A DNA stretch of 64,000 nt from Macrostomum lignano (taxonomy: Eukaryota), in contig NIVC01000200.1 in the NCBI GenBank assembly GCA_002269645.1, positions 62,001 to 126,000 of the forward strand, in the 5' to 3' direction. Both the position numbers and the translations under genes were made by a program. Within the stretch, counting starts at the first letter, position 1. The number at the start of each line of letters is the position of its first letter. This document shows positions 1 to 14,061 of this stretch, piece by piece. Below the pieces are notes generated by a model. That model saw nothing but the letters and a program-made list of their open reading frames with translations, was not told the origin of the DNA and ran no database searches.

Positions 1-1731
1 CGATCGCAGGATCGCAGTACGATGCTAAGCAGTCAACTACTGCTCCGTGAAAAGCAACAGCCCCTTCACGCCGGCGAAGAACGTAAAAAGTCGCAAAATT
101 ATGGCTGGTTGCATGCACCATCGGCCCTTACAGCCCAAGACCAAACCGACCGCGCCGAATCTGACAGCGGAACCTTTCAAGTAGCTGCATATGTACCGTG
201 CACAGGCTACAGACCACACGGCAAGCAAAGCACCAAAACATGAAATTTCGCAGTAAAACCCAGCAGTTGTACAGCCGCGATCTACACGTGTAGCTGGCTG
301 TACGGGCCGGTTGTACGATTTGCTGTACGGGAAATTTTGGAGACGCGGTCCTTGGCCATATATTAGACACACAGACGAAATAATGTACAGATCTAGACAC
401 GTCAGACGACGTTTCTGACGTCTATACATGTTATTAATGTCGCTGAATAATAAGAAATTTTGCATTACGAGCTTGGCCAACGAATAAACCCAGCTGGGAA
501 ACGTATAATGTTTAACGGTCGAAACTAGCGGCCATTATGCTCCCTCTGCAAAAGCGGCGTGCATGTACCTGGGCGTAGTCAAGAGGGATAGCTAGGGGAG
601 CAAATTTGGCAGGTCGCCCCCTCGCCCAGGAAGATGGCCCTAATCGGCCTGCCAACGTACATATATAATTGTGAGTCCGCGACCGGTCATCTTAGTTTTA
701 TTGGACCGTTAGAAGACTGCCCTGCCAGGAACATTGGTGACTCTTTCAAGGTTCCATAGGCCTTTGGACTCGCAAAACTGTTGTCAAACTGGGGTCAAGG
801 CTCCAGCTCGCGTTCTCCTTTTATAAGCTTCATCTTTCTCTAGAACAGATAGCAACAAAAGAGCAGGTGCCCATTCCGACATACCGTAAATTATGGTATG
901 CTCTACCTGCAATTATCTTTTTTCGATAGCCTGGTGCAGTCTGAAAAACTACTTTTTGTCACCGTTTTTAATTTAGACTTCTCTTTTCCTTGTCCTGTCA
1001 ATTTTATCTTTCATCTGCATCCATGCTCTCCCTTATTCGTCCTCCTTCACTTCCTTTCCCTTTTTTCTCTTTGATATAAGAATACCAGCATTTTCATGAC
1101 TTTTTCATGTCATATCACCAGATGTCAAGGTACGGCTGGTACGCTCGCATTCGGCGGCCACCTGACATGCAGATGGGTCAAGGATCGAAGCAAGAGACTG
1201 GTGATTTTTTCTCATTTTTTTTCTGACAACAAATTATCTATCAGTTTTCGGCCTGTTGTTCGCATGAATCTACATGTACAAATGTAGATGTTGGTCCTAA
1301 TCTTCTGTGAATTTTCCCATTGCTTTCAACTTCATCACTGATCTATTGTGTATATTTTAATACTGATTTTGGACTTGGCAGTGCTGAAACTCATCAATCA
1401 TTTTTATTAAAATTGGATGATTTATGGCCACACCTAGTTGTCGCTTTTTGAGGGTTCCAATGGACCTGATGTGATCTCTCGGCTTTTCGTGGGTTTTGTT
1501 CAGCAACTAGCTGCTTGGCCAATCAGAAAATTGGGTGCGCATTTTAACAAATTGGCTCAGCCAATCAGAATCGCCGCGTTTAACTAAAACAAATCGCGGA
1601 CCAGTTGTTTCCTATTTAAACCGCTGATTTTACTGCTCGGAACTCGACCTAGCTCGTACTGGCTGGCCGTAATCACAATCTTCTGCTTGAAGACTGCTCT
1701 GGGAACTCCATGTCTCGCCCTCTCCAACTGT

Positions 1732-1810
1732 CAAAATGAGTGTCTGCGGCGCCAAAATGAGTGTCTGCGGCGCCAAAATGAGTGTTTGCGGCGCCAAAAT
1801 GAGTGTCTGC
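1732..1810. repeat. 21-bp tandem repeat caaaatgagtgtctgcggcgc, ~3.7 copies
   Basis: Directly visible. Confidence 0.9.
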
Positions 1811-2594
1811 CTGCAATTCTCAAAATAATGTGCATGTAGGAATTTGTCACATACATGTAGAATTCATCCCCACAATACTTGTAAAACCCATGGCGACGCC
1901 CCTGAAGTCTTGTGCTTTTTTATGTGGTCCCGTTTTCAGTAAGAATGATTGGGCATTGCACTTTACTTGATTGCTTTTTATGTACTCAACTTTTCGAGGC
2001 AGAAAACCAGCGTTTACTACTACAAGTAGCTTTTTCGCCCTTGAATCAGTTTAAGTACTGAATGGCCATATAGGAATAAGTCAATCGATCAATAATCTAT
2101 ATAATTTTGAATCAGAATTCAAGTCAGTCATGTACTTTAGTGCTGACTCAGGCGGCATCGGGGTTGATTTTTTATGCACTAAAATTGCCACGGGGTCAGA
2201 GCTTGCGATTCCCGCCCGTTCGTGTCAATCAACTCCCAAGGCGTAGATCGTGTGCACTGCCTCCGATAGGCCAAGGCTGCTGTACATCGCTGTGTGTGTG
2301 CTTGAGGTTCAATCCATTCAGATGGGTTTGGCCTTCTTAAGCCCTTGATCGGAGGCAATTGTCGGGTCTCAAAGCTTAAAAAGTCAACCACTGATTGCTT
2401 CTGGCCTCCCTCATAGATGTGGCGAGCAGCTGGCTTCATCAATAAAAGAAGACAGCGAGTGACAAGCTGGGAAAATTGAAAGGTAGAAATCAGCTAATTT
2501 GGAGATTAAGCTTGATAAGTACCCTGCAGCAGGCGGAGGGGACCACCCATTCCACTGGTCCCTGGCTCAGCGTCTTCACTGCCGGAGCGACAGT

Positions 2595-3030
2595 ACTACG
2601 TAATGTGCAGAAACTGCAGGGTTTTTAGGCAGATTTGACGCAAAAAACGCAAATTATACTACTATCTGAAAATGAAGTAAGTAGTATACAAAAACGCTAT
2701 CCTAAGCGTGATATGGCAATATGTAGTCGTAATAATCCATGTGCTCATTTTAATTCCATGTACATTAATCCCTATCTATCTCAAATTGGATATGTACATT
2801 AATTCCATGTACATTAATCCCTATCTATCTCAAATTGGATATGTACATTAATTCCATGTACATTAATCCATATCTCAAATGTCCATGTCTATCCCCAATT
2901 CTATATGTACACTCACATTAATCTACAGTGTCATCCCCAGACGGTCTGAGCGCGCACCAAAATTACATGTACAATACTACATGTACGCAGAGGCGAGAAT
3001 TACTAATCTCATCTACTACCAAATGAGTCA
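2595..3030 (+). repeat. Left terminal inverted repeat with an internal ~45-50-bp tandem subrepeat (aattccatgtacattaatccctatctatctcaaattgg...)
   Basis: Near-identical to the reverse complement of ~20400-20714 over the outer ~300 bp; more diverged similarity (gcagagg.gagaatt, aatctcatctac, taccaaatgagt) continues to ~3030. Confidence 0.9.
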
Positions 3031-3393
3031 ACTAACAGTGTAGCGTACATCATGTATAAGTATTTACAATGAAGATATATTTACATTTAATCAGTAGCAT
3101 ATTACAGGAATCGAGACATGTACACCATCACCAGCAAATAGAATATACAGAAAATTTTACATTGTTTTTCATTAATTTTCTTTTCATAAATGATTTTAAA
3201 CAAGTTTGACACGCAAAATATGTACAATAGATTTTTACATTGGCAATTTCGCTGCATACAATACAAAAATGCTTTATGTACATTTGTATAGTAGTATGTA
3301 ACTCTTCATTAATTTAACATGCAAAATATGTACAACAATAAATAGATTTTACTCAGTCAAATTTAACAAGATATTTATTAAGCAAGGGCCACA

Positions 3394-6300
3394 TTATTTA
3401 TAACCATAAGGCCTGCTGCAGGCCCCGTACACGCGCTTCGTCAGGACGCGCTGAAACGTCTTGTCCATACTAACAGTGTGTATGGTACAAGACGCCTTGT
3501 CGCGCCTAAACTGAAGCTGCGGCAGCTGCAGGGAGCCGCCGTGTAGTAGGGCACTGCGCAATTCATCGCTGCGCTCCCGAATCTCCGGAGTCAGGCGGAT
3601 GCCCTTGCACTTCAGGACCTGACTCCGGGCACCGGCCGCATCCTCGACAATGTAAGTGTAGAGCTTGGGCCCCCCACTTACAAAGTCGGTCATCCGGCTG
3701 CCTGCGGGCACCTCATCGGTCCACATTCCGAGGCTCGTGCCATGGGGCGGCTCCCATTGGCCCTCGGAATGCCGGTAAACGACCCTGTGTGGGGGAGAGA
3801 AAACGAGATAATTGCCAACTTGCTAATTTACATGTAATCAATTCTAAAAGAATTTTCCCAATGCAATACTTACGAGTCAGTGTCGCAGTAAATGGCCCGT
3901 TCGCCGAGCCCCTCCAATGCCTCATACAGGCGCAGCCGGGCCTGCGTGGTCGTAAAGACCCCGATTGGTACGTTGGAGTACCGGAACGGCCGCTGATTAA
4001 AATAGCGGTGCCGGTACTCTAGCAGCATAAACTCGCTGCCAATCGGTTCGCAGGCCTTGACTTTGAGGTTGGGGTCGGTCAGCCGGGCGAGCCAGTCCTC
4101 GTAGCTGGATACTATTTCGGTCGATGTCAGGTCGTCACGCTGACAAAATTTGCCCCAGAGCCTGTGTGTTGCGAAAAGCTACTGTTAGTAGAAGAAGAAA
4201 TCGTTTAAAAAACAGAATTTATAATTACTTACGAATTCAAAAAGATTTTCGCTACAAAGCGAAGTCCTGGGTTGGGCTCGACCTTGTCCAGCGTGACGCC
4301 CTCCTTTGCAAAGAAATCGGCAATGTAGGCGGCCTTGTCCTCATCCGACATGCCAGGGGAGCCGCTCGACTCAGCCTTCAGCTTGAGGAAGGTGCTGACA
4401 TAGTCACTGAACAGACCGGTCCGCTTCTCTGTCCAGTAGGCTAGTGCGTGCACCACCTGCAGCCCAACTGGAAGCCCAACTGGAAGGCCTTTCGCAGCTC
4501 CGGCGTTGCCCAGGTGCCAGTTAGCGCCCGCTCCTCGTCTGAGTGGTCACAATCGTCGCCGCACTGCTGCTGCTCCATACAGGTGCGGCAAAGCCCAAAA
4601 AAGAGCTTCTTTTGCACCCTGTACGGCAGCAGCGGAATGTGCAAATTTGACGGCGGCAACACAGTCACTTTGGCAATACCAAAGTAACTAGCCAGCGCGT
4701 CAGAATCTAGCACTTGCGGCGTCGGATGTTGCACCGGGTGGCCAATCGGGTACGGGTCTTTCGACTGCACCGTCGGGTACAGAGAGACCTGCAAGTTGAA
4801 ATAAAACATTATTTTCATAAACTGTATTTTTGCAAAATATTCTACTATATTAGTAGTATCACTACTAATTGCACTTTGCAAACAGCGTTAAAGTGCTCGC
4901 CAATTAGGTGCAGATTCAGCACTTCGCGGCCGGGTAGGGCGTACACGCACGTATTGCCCTCCTCGGCACTGTACACGCGGGCGCCGAAATCTCGGCCGGG
5001 TGACTGGGCGTTCAGGACCGCGAGCAGTTGGGGGAGCACATCAACCCCGAAAGGCCCGACCTGTGCAATGGTTGATAAAGACTAAAACATTTGTATATTA
5101 ATAAAAATGCAAATTAAAATGTGCAAGATTATTTTTACTCACCGAATACGGATCGGCAGCAATCTGAAGCTCCCCAGTCAGCTTCGTCTGCAGTGGGGAG
5201 TCGGCCTTGATTGTTTGCCACGTAGTTCTCGTGATGACTTTGGCCTGCAGGTCGGCAAAGGCCTTGGACACCACCAGCGCCCGGATAAGGCACCGCTTGT
5301 CGCTGTTGGCGATGACCACGTAGTTATAGCCAATTGAATGGCGTGCCTGAATGTGCCGCTCCGCCGCATCTAGGCTGCCGCAGCCGCCCCGCGGGACCCA
5401 GGCCTTGAGCAAAAACAATTTAAAGTTGTTGCCCAAGACACTGGAGTCCGACTGCAGAACCTTGCTGATATGTTTAAATACCAGCTCTGCAGTGAAGCGG
5501 CTGCGGCGGACTGGCGGGACATTAACCGTGAGCAGCATGTTGTCGGCCGTTAGTTTGGCCGAGATGAAATCGTCAGCTTGCAAATCTGAGCAGAGCACAG
5601 AAATAATGCCCTCAAACGTGGAACGAATATCGGTAGTATCTGCTGCTGCGGTGAATGTCACTACATATTCGTAGCCTTTTGCCTTAAATTTTGGCAGGGC
5701 TTTCGCCCCGCCAAGACGCGCAATGAAGCCTGAAAAATGGAGGGTTTTGAAATTAGAATTGCGAGAGGCAGCGGCAGGTTTATGACTCATGAAATCAACT
5801 CCTTACCATCACCTTCGACAGTGTCGGGCTGGGGCGGGGGTTGAAATTGAGCCAAATCTGCAATAAAAATGCGCATGGTGACTAAAATTCTGACCGCTTG
5901 GAATTTTACAACTGTCAAAAATTTTTGATTGATTGCCTGCAGCAGCAGCAATTTTATCGCCCCACCCCAAGCAACAAAAATCGGCGAGTTGTAAAAACCC
6001 CAACTCGACACGTTCCGACACGTAGCAACAAAAGAAATGTGGGGTTGATTGACCCCCGCTTCGAATTTTAGGCTGTCAAAAATGTTTGATTGATGACCCT
6101 GATAACACTGATCCTGCTGCAGCAGACATTGTAAAATTTAAGAAAACCCCCTATCAGCACGTGTCTCCATTGTGCCTCCTTGACACCTAGCAACAATACC
6201 GCGCGGTCGCTTTTGGATTTTAAAGCTGTCTGATTAATAACCCTCACTGTAGCAGACAAGTTTTATTGCTGCCAAAACCCCTACTGTCAATTGCAGCGGT

Positions 6301-7240
6301 GATTACATCATCATGCCCGAAATCAGGGGTTGATTTGATCACTGCGCCGCTAGAATACCTGCCGCCGTGGTGATTACATCATCATGCCCGAAATCGGGGT
6401 TGATTTTATCACTGCGCCGCTAGAATACCAACCTGCCCGCCCCCCGCTGAGTCACGCGCGCGCCGCAGGATTGCTGTTTTTGCTTCTCTAGTCACATAAC
6501 CCCTGAAATTTTATGACTATCCTCTACAGGCATTATCCGGCTATACTGCTGCTGCTGCGGATATTCTCTAAAACTCTGTTATTTCAACAGGCCTGAATTT
6601 GAGAAATCCAACTTCAACGTCTATGTCAAGAGGAAATTCAGAAATTTTAAGCCAAAATGAATGCTAAAGATGAAAAGCAGCTGTGGTTCAAAGAAAGTCC
6701 ATATTTCAATAAGCGTGATTTAGAGTTTGCAAATCCCACAAATAAAAATGAATGTTGGACAAAAAGCTGTTTCCTCCGTTTACTTCAGTCTGCGACAGAC
6801 AGTCCGAATGCAGAAATTGTAAGATAATTGAGGTTAAAGAATAAAAAGCAGATTTTAAGAGAGTCCTATTATTTCAATAAGCTGAATTTACAGTTTGCAA
6901 AGCAACTCTGAATGCAAAGGGTGAAAAGCAGTTTTACAGTGGGCCTATTATTTCAATAAGCCTGATTTTGAGTTTGCGAAAGCCAAATGAATTCCAAAGA
7001 TGAAAAATCAGTTTTACAGAGAACAGCCCTATATTTTTCAATAATCCCGAATTTAGAGTTTCGTAAAAGACAAAGACGAAAAAGAAATTTTTACACAGAA
7101 TTGCAAGACTCACCTAGTTGTCTCCGCTTTGCAGCCGGAGGCTGATGCTGCTGCTGTGGTTGCTGCTGCTGCCTGGAGGGGCCGGCCTGCCCCCACAATG
7201 CCGATATTGCCGCTTCCGCAGCAGAGCGCTTCGATGCCAT
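3394..7240 (-). pseudogene. polB: Protein-primed family B DNA polymerase (Polinton type), intron-containing, internally deleted and frameshifted
   Basis: Exons 7240-7114, 5857-5807, 5729-5143, 5060-~4875, 4788-4233, 4161-3874, 3784-3394. Motifs: VSLYP (motif A, Asp missing), CRTC..C.H...ERALTGTW, K..LNS|LWGKF (B), YCDTDS (C), FVSGGPKLY, KCKGI, RPYGY. Exonuclease region absent. Frameshifts near 4470 (11-nt duplication) and ~3910 (1 nt). Confidence 0.9.
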
Positions 7241-7381
7241 TTCGATGGGGAAGGTAGATGGTTGTTGATGCTGCTGATGCTGTTGTTGTTGTTGTTGTTG
7301 TTGTTGTTGCTGATGCTGCTGTTGTGGTTTCTGCTGCTGCTGGCTGCTTCTGCGGATGCGGCTGCAGCAGCTCTCACCCGC

Positions 7382-7389
7382 TTTATATA
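7382..7389 (-). promoter_or_regulatory. Candidate TATA box of the pPolB gene
   Basis: TATATAAA on the minus strand ~140 nt upstream of the inferred ATG (7240), followed by a CAG/CAA-rich leader. Confidence 0.45.
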
Positions 7390-10105
7390 CCCGCAAGAGG
7401 GAGGGTGGGGTAGGGGCACGAGAATTGTGCGTGATTTTCTTTCCCGGGTCTATATTCTCCAGATTAGTGTACGATTGAACACTCCATTCCGCATTTGGTA
7501 TAGAAAAGTTGGGGTCAAAATTACCCCGCCAATTCTTTTCTCATGCGGTATTTTATTGGATCTGAGCGGAGCCATCCAACCGGCACTCTCGCAGGAGTGA
7601 AATGGCGACTTCGTCAGAGTACAGTCTCTCAAAGAAGAAGACCGCTTCCTCTTGCAACATATCTTTTCGACTTGAATCGGATAGAAAACGGTGTTTATCC
7701 AGAAAACAATTGGCAGAAGCTGACCAATAATAGCTAAATACAGATGAAAAATATGAAAGATAACTTCTGTGGTTTTTAAGGCCCGCCTGTCTCTGCGAGA
7801 AAATGGATGTCAAAAATCGCTGTATCAATTTAATGACCTGGGGGAAATGGGGCTTGTGTGCAAAGCATCCGATTGACAGAGGCTTGGGGAAGAGTTAATG
7901 GTCGATGAAAAGCTCTTGCCATCATCTAAAATATCCATCAAAGAGTAATAGGTGACAGCCCCTGTCTCGAGCCAAAAAATCAGAGAGACAGAGTTTTCTA
8001 CTTCTGTTTACGTAATGTTTAGGGATGGACCTGGGGTTATAGTGACAGAGAGTCAGTTATGGCATTTACGCGGTAGTAAAGAATTGCATTGGTGAGGCTG
8101 GGGTAGGTGTTGTTCTCTCCATATTGGCGAACATTAATAGTCCTGGGTTGAATTTTGATATGGCTAGAATGTATAGCGGAGAATCGTTGAATTGAAGGGT
8201 GATTCAACATGCAAAGTATGCAACAAAACCGATTCAGTGCATCTAAAAGAGGCTGTTGTGAGCTTCAGAACTGAGAATAACGTTTAAAATAGCATCAATG
8301 ACATGATTTAGTAATCGAAATCAATTGAATGCTGAAAACTTTAAGTTTAATAGCAGACTGTGTTTTTAGCCCCAATTTTACAGTGTCTATACAATATTTC
8401 CCCAGCTTCTTGGGCAATATACATGCCTATTTGAATGACAAAACAGCATTTTTGATGGTTTATTAGCTAAAATTACGATTTCTATTGATAAAATGGCAGA
8501 TTTCGATCCATAAAGTAAGCATTTTAACGTTAAAAATCGAAAAATGAGGAAAACTCGTGTTTTTCATGAAAAAATTTGCATTACTAGTAATTTAGCCTCC
8601 ATTAACTATTTCTTGGGCTGGGCTGGCTGTGGACTTCCATGTGGGATTTATTCCTGCTTCGAAGCCGTCTCAAGTAAAGTTGAAACGGCATTTGGGTAAA
8701 TTAACTGTTGAAGTTTCCAGTGATGAAATTACTGATTTTTATCCACAAAGTCTAACTTTTAACGTTAAAATTAAAAAACTGTAGAAAACTCGCCTTATAT
8801 GAAATGTGCTTTTTACGAGCTAGTAATTTAGCTTTTAATAAACTTGGACGGACCCGGTGTAAAAAGTAGGGTCAAGCGGACGTCTTTCGGACCCCGACGG
8901 GTCCTCATTGGGGTTGCGTCTGCTTTGTGAAAAAAATGTCTAGTTTTTACATTAAATCACTCTAAAGGGCCATATTTCAGTTACTTCATGGCTAAAAAGT
9001 TTGTCGACTTTGTACTTATGTGGGTCCGTTATTCGTCCCCAATGGTCCGTTTAGATCCGATCGACTCCTAAAAAATGCAAGTTTTTTCTAACGCCGTATA
9101 AATGTCCCTTTTGCTGTGATTTCGATTTGTTTTGGGTTTATTTTCAAGTATTCACCTTTGTGTACTGACAACTAGCACTTTTTGACAGTCCGATTTAAAA
9201 AGATACGTCAGATGAAAAATGACCCTTGGTCATTCTCCAGTTGCATAATTTACTACTTGTGATAGTAGAAAAGTTGGCGAAGTTTCTTTTCAAACTTTTC
9301 AAACTTTTCAAACTTTAGTCTTTTGTGTTTTGGGGCTTCTAGATTGCAGTCGCTTGACATTAGCCTTTCAGTTGAAAACAAATTAATCTTTTCGTGTGAA
9401 TGTTATATTTTCGTTTTTCATAGACTAATTTTTAAGCTATCTTTTAAAGCTACATTTTGGTTGGGGTGTCGCGTAAAATACGTATCAACAGTAAGTCTGA
9501 TCATGCCTTACTACTTTCGACAGTAGGGTTCACCAGAAAGGACTATACCCTGAGTGATAACTGCTTTTTATTAAAAATACCAAATTACCTGGTTATTAAT
9601 TGCGTACAATCACTTTGATTATGTAAATATTTTGCAGTGCCAGAGCTTTTGAATTTGGAAAAGAAGTTGGTCAAATTTTCAGTGCGCACCTTACCCGTGT
9701 GAATAAGAGTTTAGCAACGTTGGGCGTGGGTGGGTTAAAACTCAAGAATTTCGGGAAAACAGAAAGTGAATGAGCTCAATGTAGCACTGAGCCGCCGAAG
9801 GGCTGGCGCCAGATTTTGGTGGACCAGGGCCCCGAAGCCCTAACTAAGATCAGTAGCGCAACGAGAAATTTTTAGGGGGGGGATTCTGGAGGGTAAAGCC
9901 CGGGAGGAAGCGGAGGGGTGTCAGGGTTGCTTTCACAAGGTCGAAATTTCATATCCTCGAAAATACATATCTCACATAGCACCCTATCCTTTCTTATCTC
10001 CCATTATCTTCTTATTTTTACCATCTCTTATCTCCTCGCTTCTCTCGTTTCTCTCCTCTCCATTTTCTCTACTCTCAGCTCCTTTCCTAGAGAAATTTCA
10101 TATAT

Positions 10106-11015
10106 TGTTTGGGAGCCTGCTGTTTGGGAGGGGACCGCTTGCTGTTTGGGAGGGGACCGCTTGCTGTTTGGGAGGGGACCGCTTGCTGTTTGGGAGGGGA
10201 CCGCTTGCTGTTTGGGAGGGGACCGCTTGCTGTTTGGGAGGGGACCGCTTGCTGTTTGGGAGGGGACCGCTTGCTGTTTGGGAGGGGACCGCTTGCTGTT
10301 TGGGAGGGGACCGCTTGCTGTTTGGGAGGGGACCGCTTGCTGTTTGGGAGGGGACCGCTTGCTGTTTGGGAGGGGACCGCTTGCTGTTTGGGAGGGGACC
10401 GCTTGCTGTTTGGGAGGGGACCGCTTGCTGTTTGGGAGGGGACCGCTTGCTGTTTGGGAGCTTGCTGTTTGGGAGGGGACCGCTTGCTGTTTGGGAGCCT
10501 GCTGTTTGGGACCCTGCTGTTTGGGAGGGGACCGCTTGCTGTTTGGGAGCCTGCTGTTTGGGACCCTGCTGTTTGGGAGGGGACCGCTTGCTGTTTGGGA
10601 GCTTGCTGTTTGGGAGGGGACCGCTTGCTGTTTGGGAGCTTGCTGTTTGGGAGGGGACCGCTTGCTGTTTGGGAGCCTGCTGTTTGGGACCCTGCTGTTT
10701 GGGAGGGGACCGCTTGCTGTTTGGGAGCCTGCTGTTTGGGACCCTGCTGTTTGGGAGGGGACCGCTTGCTGTTTGGGAGCCTGCTGTTTGGGACCCTGCT
10801 GTTTGGGAGGGGACCGCTTGCTGTTTGGGAGCTTGCTGTTTGGGAGGGGACCGCTTGCTGTTTGGGAGCCTGCTGTTTTGGAGGGGACCGCTTGCTGTTT
10901 GGGAGCCTGCTGTTTGGGACCCTGCTGTTTGGGAGGGGACCGCTTGCTGTTTGGGAGCTTGCTGTTTGGGAGGGGACCGCTTGCTGTTTGGGAGGGGACC
11001 GCCTGCTGTTTGGGA
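10106..11015. repeat. G-rich minisatellite, 22-bp unit gggaggggaccgcttgctgttt with shorter variant units
   Basis: Directly visible tandem array; the overlapping long ORFs are repeat translations. Confidence 0.95.
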
Positions 11016-11401
11016 GATATAGTACACAATAGGGTAGATATACCAGTACACAATATAGTACACTTTTCTAGCTCTTCCTCTCCTTTCTATATAAACTCTT
11101 GAATTAAAAATTTCGCGCCTGCTATTTTATCTTTTGTAACAAAAAAACTTTCAAATTTTCAAACCAAAAGAGCTTTGTTTAAAAAGGGGCCTAGGGCGTC
11201 CAATTCCATACAACCAACCGATATTCTTATCTAAAATACCACCATAGTTAATATAGAAAAATTTATGATCCTACTCCGACACAGTGGGCTGGTTGATTTG
11301 TTTCTTCCTCGCTGAACCAGAGACTTCTAAATATAACGGCTGTTATTATTATAACTGTTATCTTCAGAGCTTTCTGTTCTGAACCACTTGACCTGCATAA
11401 C

Positions 11402-11406
11402 AGAGA

Positions 11407-11438
<32 letters not shown>

Positions 11439-11442
11439 AGAA
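11402..11442. repeat. (AG)n microsatellite at the 5' break of the RT fragment
   Basis: Directly visible. Confidence 0.9.
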
Positions 11443-11449
11443 ACTGAAG

Positions 11450-14035
<2,586 letters not shown>

Positions 14036-14061
14036 AGGCACAAGGACATATTGGTACCCAC

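Noticed and set aside
1-480. ORFs with a faint DIRS RNase H or Harbinger-like flavour
   Set aside because: No diagnostic motif; cut by the window edge.
7091-7396. Stand-alone poly-Q protein
   Set aside because: Better explained as the 5' leader plus first exon (from ATG 7240) of the pPolB gene, which splices in frame at 7113.
9918-11102. Five 300-400-aa ORFs
   Set aside because: Translations of the 22-bp minisatellite; no domain content.
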